Shown piece after piece: positions 37,711 through 49,980 of a stretch of DNA of 55,854 nt. The notes under the pieces were generated by a model. That model worked only from the letters and a program-made list of their open reading frames with translations. It was not told where the DNA came from and did not search any database. The translations under genes were made by a program, and so were the position numbers. The stretch is from Asterionella formosa (Eukaryota). Numbering within the stretch: the stretch's first letter is position 1; every line of letters begins with the position of its first letter. Location: positions 1 to 55,854 of the forward strand of contig NKIB01013542.1 of assembly GCA_002256025.1 (NCBI GenBank), read 5' to 3'.

Positions 37711-38235
37711 TACAATGATTAGAATTTGCTGACTACAACTAGAAACTGCTGACTAACAGGTACAATTGGAAATTGCTGACTATGACTGGAAGTTACTGAT
37801 TGGTGATTCCATTAGCAAACCGTCATCCGGTTGCTGAATACCATTAACAGAAGTAGTACTAGGTGAACACAATTTCAATGATGAGAACACAACTTGGATT
37901 AAATGAATGATAATTTAACATTGAAGAAAGTGACTTAAGAGAGTTTGGAATGAAAAGCCAGTCTACCTCATCTGGCAGGCATGAGACAATCCATTGGGAG
38001 TGCGTCGAAACTGAGAAGGTGCGCATAAAACGCGAGCTACAGGACCTTCCAGGACAGCCGAGTGAGTAGACTACCCTTACAAATACCACAGTGACAGCAT
38101 TAGAAGCAGTTCAGACAGAAAATTTTGTCACAAGGCAGGAACCAATGATTACCACAATCAAGGCCATGATGCAAAACAAAACCCCAAGCTTGCATGACAC
38201 TGCTTCTAGGATCGATAATATTTATTATGAAATTT

Positions 38236-39219
38236 TCAAATTATAGAATAAGTAGTCGCATGAGGCCTGGGATTGCCAATAAAATCTCTAACTTGATAGG
38301 CACCCATGAATGGGCTTGACAGATCATAGCACAAGACCCCTAGACTAGTGAAGGCCCCAACCAAAATACTCCATAAAATACGACATTGCAAACTTCCCAA
38401 AATACTCATGGATTGGTCGATTGCAATCAAGAATGATAATGAAATGCTGAATGCTAAGATGGAGAGAGTGAGATAGTGAATCCCTGGAAAGGCGGGCTGC
38501 AAGGAAACGCGTTGTTGCGATCTTTCTTGATGCATATCCTTGACAATAGTGTAGGCTTCCGCGTGTCTGCTTTTTTGAAGGCGCCTCAACATATGACTGA
38601 GGACGGCATCGATTTCGGTCCAATTGTTAACAGCATTGTCTTGTTGGACATACAGAAGCTTCAGTGCGGAAAGGTGCGCATTTATAGTTTGATCTTGACT
38701 GATCATTTCGAGAATCTGAAGGCCTTCTAACTGTCTCGTTAAGGATCTGAGAATTTCCATTTGTCGTTTGTGAAGTGTCGAGATGGTAGTTGATACCAGT
38801 GTCGCAAACAGCACACTGACTGAGGTAATGACAGGACCATTAATAACTTGTGTAATAACCTGTGTTTGAAGATTAATTTCCTCGGTGGTCTTTGGCACAT
38901 AACTACGCGTAACGCCGGTTGATACTTCCTGCATCAGGGCATGAAAGCTCAAACTTAATTGGTTGTATCCAGCAAAGCCAGCCAACGTGGCGAGGAAAGG
39001 GGTCATCCATAGGAGAGCCTGTTGTCTTGGAAAATAGTCGCGAGTGCGAGGCTGTCGCACGGTATGCCCGTCAGAAATCAAACTCTCGCCGCCAACGAAG
39101 GACGTTGCATTTATCCGTTTCGATTGGTATTTCTGCCAAAGGAAATTATTGTGGTGAAACTTGCTTCCGAACACCGATACTAATGAACAAAGGAAGTCCA
39201 GAATAATGAGCTTTTTCAT
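38236..39219 (-). CDS. Bestrophin-like/DUF4239-like membrane protein with an N-terminal signal peptide
   Basis: 327-aa ORF with four hydrophobic helices, SVLFATLVSTTISTLHKRQ and C-terminal YDLSSPFMGAYQV. Signal-like N-terminus MKKLIILDFLCSLVSVFG. Confidence 0.7.
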   Translation of the reverse strand: MKKLIILDFLCSLVSVFGSKFHHNNFLWQKYQSKRINATSFVGGESLISDGHTVRQPRTRDYFPRQQALLWMTPFLATLAGFAGYNQLSLSFHALMQEVSTGVTRSYVPKTTEEINLQTQVITQVINGPVITSVSVLFATLVSTTISTLHKRQMEILRSLTRQLEGLQILEMISQDQTINAHLSALKLLYVQQDNAVNNWTEIDAVLSHMLRRLQKSRHAEAYTIVKDMHQERSQQRVSLQPAFPGIHYLTLSILAFSISLSFLIAIDQSMSILGSLQCRILWSILVGAFTSLGVLCYDLSSPFMGAYQVRDFIGNPRPHATTYSII

Positions 39220-39902
39220 TTCATAAGATGGAACGAATGGCAGGCGTGGTTGTAGGCTGTGAGAGTTTTGTCACACTGCAGGTAATGGCCGACATCCCTG
39301 ACTTTTATTATAACTGTTGTTTCCCTTATTGAATCTAAGTTTATGTCAATCAGGCGTCATTGTGTTTGAATTATTTTATGATTGCATGACATCACTCTTT
39401 TTTTTAAATCTTCTATATTTTAGCTGTTATTCCCCTCGCAGTGCGTGTGGAACAATGCGTTTGAGCAAAAATCTAACGGTACCTGCTCACCTGGTACCCT
39501 TGTACATACCTTCTGGGAAAGGATATCAGATGCGACAAAAAGAAGCAAGGAGAAATCATTTTGTCGCGTACATACCGTGGCAAATGTGCGCATACCTGTA
39601 AATTACAAACTGAAACTTGACCTAAAGTAAAAGAATATGGATATTTGATTGTGCAGCTGATGGTTGGACATCATAGTAGGTCACTATTTATTATCTATTT
39701 AGCCAGTCTTGAGGACCGGCACTGTGTTTTCAATCCAGTATTTAGTACCCGGAAACTGGTAGTCTTGTACTGAGATGGTGGGGTGTCAATGGGGAAATAC
39801 ATACAATGTCTATGACACGTAATGACAATACCAATAATTTATTTGCAGTCTAGAGTCTAGACTACCCTGGTACCGAGTACAGTAAGTCCGGAGTACCTAC
39901 CA

Positions 39903-39992
39903 GCAAGTTGCGGAAATTTTGCTGAAACTAAAAGTTTAGCTATCTTTATCCCATATTAAATTGTTAGTTCAAGCAAAATTACCGCAACGTGC
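39903..39992. mobile_element. 90-bp mini-MITE, copy 1
   Basis: ~29-bp terminal inverted repeats GCAAGTTGCGGAAATTTTGCTGAAACTAA / TTAGTTCAAGCAAAATTACCGCAACGTGC; homologous to 45247-45336. Confidence 0.8.
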
Positions 39993-40592
39993 AGGTATTA
40001 TTCGATTTCCCACCCAAGCGACGTGCCGCAACGTAAAGGCATTATTATACGGTACTGTAAAATTAATAAACTACTAGGAGTATATATCAGCTAAACTCCC
40101 GACATTCGACCCTTCATTATGCCTGTTACGGACATTGTGATACTACGTTTAAATGTCCGAGGGACACCAATGAAACAAACTGGCACATTCCTGTCTACTA
40201 GTAGGACCTGTTACTGTAGGATTGATACTACGTATATCCTACATACAGTCATAAACATGCACCCGGTACATATATCAATGTCGGCGGAGGTACCAGGACC
40301 CTGTTAATAAAAAATAGTTGTTGAAATGACATACCCCGGTACTGGTAGTAGTGCCTAAAATTACAGGGTACCGGTACTTAGAGTACGGTATATTCTTAAA
40401 ATGAGCGAAATGGGTGTTGCATATAAATTGAGAAGATCTCATAAGAATTGCTCTTCTTCTATACTATTGATAGATTTCGCTCCCTACTCTTTTGCGCCTC
40501 ATTTGCATAGAACTAAGACCTACCAGGATACGAGAAGCGACGTGGTGCATCGAGGAGTTAGCGGAGATAAAGAAAGTTTAACATCTGAAACG

Positions 40593-43443
40593 ATGATTGA
40601 CACAGAAAGAATAATCACAGCTGAAGTACATCCGACACATCCTATATTCAGGGAAGCCATCCGGATATTGCAAGCTGAGACGATTAACATTGAAAGGGAC
40701 TCGGGTGATACTGGTACTGTGCACGAATCTATTAATATCTTGAATAGACCCGGAAACCGAAACTTTGATGTCTGGGACAACTTTCTCCCCCCTTTAAACA
40801 ACTCGACGTACCAATATGAGTTTCGCCAGGCTACAGACATTCAAGTCTCGTCTTTTGTGACCTCACTTCAAGTAAATATTCTTCTCTTTCTGATTCTTCT
40901 TGCTTTATACGAAATTTTCAGTCGATTGCTTCCTTCTGTGTACCAATGTCGATCTTCGGAAGGACAAGACTCTGTTCATTTGCCGAAGTCCTACTTGCCT
41001 TTGAACTGGGTTCCATCGATTTTTCGAGTTTCCTGGGCCCAGGTTCGCAAAAATTGTGGGATGGATAACTATTTCTTTCTTCGTTATGTACGCATGGTCT
41101 TACAGATTTCGGCAGTCAGTGGACTCTGGGGACTTTTAATATTATGGTATGGTCCTACTTTGTTTTTATTTGCTTTTACTTTATATGCTGTATATTCATA
41201 CTTTTTTCCTCATAATATTCAGGCCTATTTTTGCCACCGGCGGCAACAACGCGCACGGATGGTACTATTTATCAATGGCAAACTTGCAGAATGGATCCTG
41301 GAAGCTCTGGTTTCCGACAATTTACATGTGGATACTGACATTTTACGTTTGTAAAATTATAAAAAGGGAGTATCAACATTATGTGGACTGTCGAATGGAG
41401 TTTCTTGCTAAAGGTGATTCACACACACATCCACAGCAAAGGTACACTCTTCTTGTGGAGGAAGTTCCAAAGAATTTGCGGTCAGATCAAGCCCTCTTCG
41501 ACTATTTCCAGTCACTCTTTCCCGGGAAGATCCACGCCGCCACAATCATAATGCAATTGCCAGACCTCAAGGAGATCTTTGACCGGAGGGAAAAGGTTTT
41601 GTCACGTTTAGAGAAGTGCCATGCTATTCATGAAATTACCGGGAAGAGGCCAGTTCACAAGGTGGGCTCACACAAGTACTTGGAAGTCCGAAGGTTTTGT
41701 CAAAGGAGGAATGTTGACTCCCTAGAGAATGACACTAGATTAGCACAAACAGGGGAGCGGGTCGACTCGATCAACTATTTTTCTAAATATATGAGCCTTC
41801 TAAACGAAAGGGTCAGGGAAGTACAAATCGAAAAACAACAGCTCGCCAAGGCTGGTGACACGAGTGTGAGAGCATCGGAATGGCTAACAGAATCGCTTGG
41901 ACTATCGGATCGTATTCGAAAGGCTGACGAACTTAGCGAACTCGGTTACGATGGCCTGATTGTGGCTTCTAAGGAATCTCGTGGCATTAATGCATTCAGT
42001 TTAGTGAATCATCTTGGGATTGATTTCTTCATCAGTGGTTTCACTGACCTCCATCATCAAATTGATTTGGTGGTTGCCAATTTCTCCGGGACCATTATGT
42101 CGTCCACTGGGTTTGTGACTTTTTCAGACTTGGTGACCTTGACTTGTGCAGTTCGAGCGCCCCTCAGTCACGAAGCAGGAACCCTTCAAGTTCAATTGGC
42201 GCCCGGGCCTGCGGATATTGAATGGAGCAATGCGCACGTTAATCAATCGTGGAGTACAGGCCGAGAGTGGACGGCAAACATGTTTCTGGGGTTTGGTGCA
42301 CTTCTATGGTCAATTCCAGTAACCGGTGTGCAAGCCTTGGCCAACTTGAATTCTTTGTCACAAATTCCAGGGATGAATTGGATCCTTCGGGCAGCAAGTG
42401 GAGATTTTGCTATATTTTTAAATGGCTACTTGCCTGTGCTTGCCTTGCTCATGCTGATTTCACTACTTCCTGTAATTTTTGGTTGGATTGCGTCAAAATA
42501 CGAACTCCGAAAGTCTTACTCTGATGTTCAACATTCGATTATGAAGCGTTTCTTTTACTATCAGCTGGCCAACGTTTACATCACTGTAACAGCCGGTTCT
42601 ATTTTGGACGGTATGGCCGAGATTCTCGATCACCCATCTAGGGCATTCGAGATTTTGGGTCAGTCAGTTCCCACCGTTGTTGGCTACTTCGTATTATTTA
42701 TTATGACAAAGCTCTTAGCAGTTCTCCCTTTAGTTTTGTTGCGAGTTCTGCCTTTGCTGCGACGATGCTTTCTCAAGCTTTTTTGTCGCGAATCTTTCAT
42801 GACTCAGCGAGAACTAGATAACGAGTACGTGCCTACTCCGATAATGCTGGGGACAGAGGTAGGTTCGCTGGAGTTTTTCTTCTTTGTCTATGCCACGCAG
42901 TTCATTTTTCTCACGTATCTTCTATTCCAGTATCCCAATCAACTCCTGGTTGTTGTCATAGTATTTACATATGCACCGATCGCCCCAGTCATTTTGCCCA
43001 TTGGGGCCCTATACTTTTTCGGCGCATATTTGGTTTACAAAACGCAACTCGTCATGGTGTATGATCCTCAACACGACAGTGGTGGTGTAATGTTCCCATC
43101 AGCCTGCCAACGTACTTTGATTGGGCTCATTTGCGGTCAAATTACATTGCTTGGTTACACGGTGTTGCGCTTGGGGTTTTATCAACCAATGTTTTTGTTG
43201 CCTCTTCCAATTTATACGTGTGGTATGATGAAATATTTCAAACTTGTCTTTGAAGATCCAGCTCGCAATTTGAGCGTCGAAGTTGCCGTTGAACTCGACA
43301 AATCGGAAGCACTGGAATTCAACGAGGGAGTTTATCGACAGCCGACATTGGTCGTTAAAGACTTGGAACCGATGCCGTATCGTCGCTTACCAGAAAATTT
43401 GAACGAGGAAGCCAATGCAGTTGGGGCTGAAAAGCTGGTATAA
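40593..43443 (+). CDS. CSC1/OSCA (TMEM63, ERD4-like) mechanosensitive Ca2+-permeable channel; exons 40593-41146, 41223-42858 and 42931-43443
   Basis: CGMDNYFFLRY, YTLLVEEVP, STGFVTF, APGPADIEWSN and YLVYKTQLVMVY...DSGGVMFP. Introns 41147-41222 and 42859-42930 are GT-AG. The start Met is uncertain. Confidence 0.9.
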
Positions 43444-43600
43444 TCGTTGCTACAGTTAGATGGGAAATGATTCACATACGGCGAAATTCGATTGATAAAA
43501 TGTAGGAGAAATATTAAGGTTGATATATAGAGTGAGGAAATACTACATCTGATTCTTAGTATTAGACTGTGAAGTTTTGTTGACAAAATAGGGAGTACCA

Positions 43601-45034
43601 TCACTTCTCAGCACATAAGAATCGAACCCCTTTGTGTCGCAGACCCGATGTGTTTTGCTTTCGCTCTCGCTCTTTCAACAATGTCACGTCCCTCTTGTCC
43701 TTTTGCACCACTTCACTGAGTTGCACCAACGTTTTATAGTGTTCAGTCAAAACGCTTGTCAATATTGTTTTATCCGGCAAATCTATATCCTGAAGTATAG
43801 GAGGTTTCGCGTTCCGCACTGAGTCCAACATGGCGCCGACTTGTTTTATGTGACGTCGCATGGCCACAAGTCGTTCCATCGCATTGATTTCTTCATCCTG
43901 AAATGGTATATTCATGCATCTGACTATTTCAACCTTTCTCATAGTTTCTAATAGGCGCCTGTTAAGGCCCATATGAATGCGTACTAGGGCCGCGAGTTCT
44001 TCCTTGTATTGCTGCACTCGTTGTTCCACGCTAGCTCTTGTTGCTTCCAACAGTTCAACTCCTTGGTGCAAAGAATGAGCGCGCTCTTGTTGCCACCCCA
44101 AGCGAGCCTGAAGGGCTTCAGCGCCGACCAAAGCCATGGGAAGGTAGAGGGTAGGATTTGGATTGCGAACCACCGCATTCAACCAGTCCTTCTCTGAAAC
44201 CTGTGGAGGTTTCGGAGGGATGGCCAACGAGCCTGCCTGGGAGTGTGCAAAGTGCCACTGGAGCTGTTCGGGAGTCATGTCATTGTAAACAATACTCACA
44301 AAAGGGGAACTTTCGCTAGAAGAATTAGATACGCCATTGTACGAGTTGTAGAGGCTTTCCAGGGAACTTTGTATCTTAGCTGCTTCCTGACGCGCCGAGG
44401 CATCGGCGTGGGCTTGAAGCGCTGCTTGCGCAGGTATTTGGTATTGCTGTGGAGCAGGTGTTGGCGTCCCAAACAGACTACTTGGAGCTGGGGCAGGCGC
44501 TCCAAACAGACCACCAGTTGCGGGTGCTGGAGCTCCAAACATTCCACCACCACCAGGTGCTGGCGCTCCAAATAGACCACCAGTAGCGGGTGCTGGAGCT
44601 CCAAACATTCCACCACCAGCAGGTGCTGGCGATCCAAATAGACCACCAGTTGCGGGTGCTGGAGCTCCAAACATTCCACCACCAGCAGGTGCTGGCGCTC
44701 CAAATAGACCACCAGTAGCGGGTGATGGAGCTCCAAACATTCCACCACCAGCAGGTGCTGGCGTTCCGAATAGACCACCAGAAGTAGCTGGTGGTGGTGC
44801 TCCAAAGAGTCCACCAGTAGCAGGTGCAGGTGCAGATGCCCCAAAGAGACCGCCACCAGCAGGTGCCGGTGATCCGAACATACCACCACCAGAAGAAGCT
44901 GGTGCTCCAAATAGGCCACCAGAAGCAGGTGCTGGAGCTGATGATCCAAAAGCCAACGGGGTTGTTGCTGAGCCAGCAGCGCTGTTAGAACCTCCCGGAA
45001 CGGAAAAGACTTGATTTGGTCCCCATGAAACCAT
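43601..45034 (-). CDS. NUP54: FG-repeat nucleoporin Nup54 (Nup57-like)
   Basis: N-terminal GGLFG/GGMFG repeats, followed by W..AVVRNPNPTLYLPMALVGAEALQARL..Q and a coiled coil, as in the Nup54 family. Confidence 0.82.
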   Translation of the reverse strand: MVSWGPNQVFSVPGGSNSAAGSATTPLAFGSSAPAPASGGLFGAPASSGGGMFGSPAPAGGGLFGASAPAPATGGLFGAPPPATSGGLFGTPAPAGGGMFGAPSPATGGLFGAPAPAGGGMFGAPAPATGGLFGSPAPAGGGMFGAPAPATGGLFGAPAPGGGGMFGAPAPATGGLFGAPAPAPSSLFGTPTPAPQQYQIPAQAALQAHADASARQEAAKIQSSLESLYNSYNGVSNSSSESSPFVSIVYNDMTPEQLQWHFAHSQAGSLAIPPKPPQVSEKDWLNAVVRNPNPTLYLPMALVGAEALQARLGWQQERAHSLHQGVELLEATRASVEQRVQQYKEELAALVRIHMGLNRRLLETMRKVEIVRCMNIPFQDEEINAMERLVAMRRHIKQVGAMLDSVRNAKPPILQDIDLPDKTILTSVLTEHYKTLVQLSEVVQKDKRDVTLLKERERKQNTSGLRHKGVRFLCAEK

Positions 45035-45246
45035 GTTGATATTGAGTTCTTCAAAAATTCAGCTGGATGATAACAGGGAGAGACAAATAGAAAGAAAAGG
45101 AGCGGAAAGCAATGTTCGAGAAGTCGGCTGGTTTCAGTTCCATGGTCCTACTCCTTGATGGGTCGAACGTCGTTAAATCCATGTTAATTAGGAATGATAA
45201 TACCATGATGTGCCATTGTTGTTTTCCAGGCATTCCTGGTACCAGA

Positions 45247-45336
45247 GCAAGTTGCGGTATTTTTGCTGAAACTGAGGATTTAGCTGTCTTTATCCCAGAT
45301 TAAAATGTTAGTTAAAGCAAAATCACCGGAACTTGC
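45247..45336. mobile_element. 90-bp mini-MITE, copy 2
   Basis: GCAAGTTGCGG...CCGGAACTTGC, colinear with 39903-39992. Confidence 0.8.
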
Positions 45337-47656
45337 TACGTACGATGGTACCTACAACGTGTACCGGTACCAGTACCTTTACCGGTGGACTAATAACCAC
45401 GAAGTGGACTCTCGTCAATTTTTATTTGTGTTGGATAATATTTTCATGCACCATAATTCATAAGCCAACCTTGGATGATTTTCGAGACAAAATCCTGCTG
45501 TTCTAATTTTGAATAGAATTGATTGTTAAGAACAACCATTTGTCAGCTAACAAAAGTAAATATTCGAATGGAGAGTGTTTGAAGTAATTTATATTCGTGA
45601 AGGTCAAGAACATTGAATATCTACAGATGCATTTGGAAAGTGATCCTTAATAATTGGTCATATGAATGATTACACCATAGATAAAATAAGTTGAGAATTA
45701 AGTCGGATTGGAAGGTTTTAGTTCGCTTATCTAGATAGAGCTAGCAATGCAGTCAGACTGCAAAAGAGTTTAACAAGTCTTACTACAGATAAGACTGGTA
45801 GACCAGGAGGATAGTATATCTACTAATGTATTATTCACCATCCCAGCCAGTATGAACTCTTACTGGTATTGTGAATATAAACTACCATTGTACATGCATA
45901 CTACTATGTATTTGTTATTTCCTTACAATTTTTGACCAGCTCAATTTCAAAAAATTGATCTTTTTCTTGTTGTAGACCATATTAGTCTGCATATAAAGAA
46001 AGTAGTATATTTGTAGATTACTGGAGATCTAAATTATGGACCTGCTGGTGGTACTCCCTCTGGTTGAAAATAGTTGCGGCAATTTGCAGTGGCTCAAGTG
46101 CCAAGCAGCTTATTTAAGACGGATTATGTTGAAATTATACCATTTTCTACATGAGGGTCAACTTACTCAGAAAATGCTTTTTAAGAGTTTCATAGATGTG
46201 AACATGTACTCTGTTCCTGTAATTAAATTATTAGCATCTAAAGTTTTTCTCAAAACCAGCCAGTTGAATGATCCATGTGGAAGTTTTGTGGTTACTGTTG
46301 GTAGTAAGGTCCTGTTTGTGTCTCCCTACATTAACGACAAGATAACTGGTGAAAAAAGGCTATTCAAGTCAAGATGAAGAGCGCAAAAGCTCCAGGAACA
46401 ATGTATGTGTGTTGTGGGATAGATACCTCACCAGTTCAATCACAGGAAACTTTGGAAGGGCTCGTAATCATGTTGGCAGAAGTGCTGCGGTTTTGGAGTT
46501 GCTCCAATACAATTCCAGTAACCCAGAAAAATGGCGCATGGATATTCAAGGATATGGAGTCGTGGGAACTTTTGCAAATGCATGAGGACCCATTCTTCTT
46601 CGAACCATCTATTCTCAACATACCAATAAACTAGGATATGATAGTAGAATAACGGCAACTTGCCTTTGATTATGTATTGCGCAACCATGAAAGTGGCGAG
46701 GAAGGGAAAGGAAAAAACGATGCTATGCTTATTTTGATGATGCGAGCCATGAAGATCAGGCGTTATAGTCAATTTAAATGTAAGAACCATAGAAATTCTA
46801 TGAAATAACTGTGCTTCTTTCTTGGTTTTTTTATCACATTTTCTAGGTTTTTAATCAGAATTATAATAGTGACATGTATTATTCTGTTTCCCGTAAATAT
46901 TTGAATGGTCGTCGGCTGATGACGCAAAACATGCCCAGCCAAGAATTTAAACAGCATATCGTGGTGATATGTAAATGCACACAATAAATGCATTTAGCAT
47001 ACTCAACTGGTTTCGATTAATTTGTTTAGACACGAATAATTCAATTAGCAATTCAGAGTTCATATTCACGTCTATGTAACTCAGTAAAAACGTCTTTTTC
47101 GAGTCATAAACCGACCCTCACGTCGAGATTTTGTATGTGCCTACGTAATCCGTCCTAACTATAAGCTGCTCGGCACTTGAGTCGTGTGAAATCGATGCAA
47201 GTGTTATTAGACAGACGAGAGTATGGTCTAGTACTTTTTACCAGTACAAGGTTTAAGCCTGCCTATAGCTAGTATGTTCCTACATATACTGTAGTGACTG
47301 GTACCCTGGTACCAGCCAGGAGTACTCAGGGGTGGTAGGAACAGAGGTCGCTGAAAGTATACTGCCGTGTTGGATATTAAGCACCAGTATCAGTATGATA
47401 CCAGCATCATGCTGTCATTTCATTTTCGAAATACCATACTGTTTTAGAATTTTACCAGTATACTGATCAAGCTTGCCAGTTTACTGCTAAGTATGAATCT
47501 TACAGAAAATCCTACATGTCTTGTAAAGGATTGGAGTACGAATTCCTCTTCGTGCATACATCATAGGCTAGGAGCACCAAAATTAGTAGATCAAAACCAG
47601 CATAACATCATCACATCATCACTAAAACTACCACAAAAACTAAAATTGCGCAACCT

Positions 47657-47958
47657 GGTGGATTGCTTAGTTGATGGTTAGCACGCCTTCATAGGTGATG
47701 GGTTTGATTCCTGCATTCTCCACCTGCTGTCTTGTTTCTTTTTCCTATAGTCCCTAGGACTCCAGGGGAGCAGCTGATGAATGAAAAAGAAAGGTTCCCA
47801 TTGTACCGTACGGACAACTAAAAATGGTACAGATCCCCATGCACCAGCGCCCAAAGTCACCATATTTGTTGAGATGACCCTGGATTGGTACGAAAGTACA
47901 TTAGTACATGAACATCTTAACAAAGAAGCGCTTAATATAAGTGAGATTAAATTTTTTG
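47657..47958 (+). mobile_element. tRNA-derived SINE-like retroposon, copy 2 (diverged)
   Basis: Head GCTTAG...GGTTAGCACGCCTTCATAGGTGATGGGTTTGATTCCTGCATTCTCCACCTGCT aligns with copy 1. Flanked by AA(T/G)TGCGCAACCT at 47644-47656 and 47959-47971. Confidence 0.65.
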
Positions 47959-49239
47959 AAGTGCGCAACCTTGGCAACCTCATTGTGGCATCAACTCTCT
48001 CAAGATTAACCAAAGAAACATGGTTGTCAGAGATGGTGGATGATCATTTGATTAACATGATAGTAGAACCAATGAACTAAACTACCCCTACCATGATTGT
48101 CTGCTGCATCCTAGGGTTCTTCGTCAACAAAAAAATCGCGCGTGTGATGGTAAGAATAAGAAGTGTGGTACGCTTTGGTAGCAGTATCAGTATTCCGGTA
48201 TGTACAGGTACTTACACTGTCATTTCCATATTAGAGTACTTTACTGTCCGGTAATTGAATACGGTATACCAGCATACTGTCGTTCTCAAAATATAGCCCG
48301 CAGTAGTTGAAACATATAGAGATTCCTGATTCCAGATCAGGTTAAGAGAGTGTCAATATATTTTCGTCTCTAGTGACCTGATTAGGAACATGTACCACAA
48401 TCCACTAGATGATTGATTCAAGGACTCATGGTTAAATATCGCGTTTAAAATGCCACAGTTGAGAGAGGAACTTTCAGGAGAAGTTCTCTGTAACCTTTTA
48501 AATGGACTCTAGTAGAAGGCGATCAGACCTAGAGGCCAAATCAACAAATGATTGACTAGACAATTACAGATATGTTGTCCGCAAAATCAAGGAACATTAA
48601 AGAAGCAAGAAACTAGATATGATTAACAGGATCATTCTGTAAGCAGTCTTCGATCAAACAGCATCTGGCCTAAGTTGAGACAGGCCAAGATTAAGACAAA
48701 TGTGTATTTAGGAAGAGGATGATGTAGTTTTTTCTCAGTTCAAGTTGGGAACACAAATGAACCTCGCCTCCAAAGATCACCTCTATTTTGAAACATGCAT
48801 GAGCTTGGAAGTTTCAAAATTATACATTCAAATATACATTTACATTAAGCTCACTCTTTTCTATAAAAGCAACTATTAGCAAACAAAGTAAAACAAACGA
48901 ATTGTGTAGAAACATTTTTCTAGCAACTTTTACTGCGTGAGAGCTACAGATACGTAGCATCGACCGACTGCAGTACAATATTATTACTGGAGTATAATGT
49001 AAACGACCAATGGGTAATAGGAGTAGTCTACCAGTAGCTCTTATTAATTACCAGTAGCACCTGCAGCCAACTCTTTTGCTGTCTCCCTTGTCAGCGGTCC
49101 CCTTCCAACATTCCTTAAGGACTTCATACCAGGAAACACTGTTTTTGATTCTAGACGATCAATCTGTGTTTTCGCCTTTCACTTTTTCCTTGATCATATA
49201 GGGTATACCGGTACCAGGGTAGTCAAATTCGAAGTTAAC

Positions 49240-49980
49240 ATGAATCTACATATTTTCGTTGTTTCATTCTGCGGGTTGAACACACTGTCTATTGCATTTG
49301 CTCCCGTTTCTGTCCAGCGAGCAAAGTCAATAGTTTACATGACCCAAGAAACCTCGCGGCAACAATTCTTTGGACAAATAGTGATAGGAGCTTTGATGTC
49401 TGTGAGTGGCCGTGTCGATCCAGCGATCGCTAAAGAATCCACACAAGACATTACTGACAAGGAAAAGATTTCGAAAGGACTTAGGCGCCTCAATTACCTG
49501 ATCGAAAATTGGGAAAAGGAAACTACGGAATGTAAAACTGGGAATGATAACCCATATATTGGCTGTGAAAGAACTCCAATGAAAGTCATGGAGGTGAGCT
49601 CAATTGTGGCACGAGTATCGTGAATATCCCATCTTGACTGACTGTGGCATATATTTTCATTCATCAACAATGCCTTAAATTTTTTTCAGTATCTTGGCTA
49701 TAAAAGTATGGATGACCCACTCTTCAAAGCAGATAAGACTCTAAGAAGGCTCGAAGCGTTGGTTCCACCAGAAGACGAAGATGAGTATCTTGAGGCTGTG
49801 GATACTTGGACCGAGAAAGCCGACGAAGGAAGTGGCATGGCATATGTTAGTTCCTGGGGCGAATCCAACCCTGGAGGTGGAAAGGATCGCATTGCCTTTT
49901 TTATTGAACGCTCAAAGAATGACGTGATTGCCTGCCGTGATAGTTTGGCGATAGTAGCTCGTATTCTTCGAATTGAGTAG
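49240..49980 (+). CDS. Plastid, probably thylakoid-lumen, protein of unknown function; exons 49240-49593 and 49690-49980
   Basis: Signal peptide ending SIA|FAP, then SRQQFF, a hydrophobic stretch and AIA|KE. The GTGAGC...TTCAG intron joins VME|YLGYKS in frame. Confidence 0.8.

Larger units (their letters stand above)
33305..38075. mobile_element. Composite element: ~380-450-bp inverted repeats (33305-33685 and 37611-38075) enclosing nested remnants
   Basis: The arms align as reverse complements (e.g. AAACAAAAGAGTCATTTTGAAAATGTCAATGGACT vs AGTCCATTGCCATTTTCAAAATGACTCTTTTGTTT). Confidence 0.65.

Noticed and set aside
40401..40592. N-terminal extension of CSC1 from the upstream ATG
   Set aside because: The sequence looks UTR-like with no recognisable motif. 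The downstream ATG is preferred but unproven.
44450..44960. CRISPR-like or non-coding tandem array
   Set aside because: The repeats are the in-frame GGLFGAPAPA units of Nup54 and have no unique spacers. The 252-aa ORF 44296-45054 is an alternative-frame shadow.
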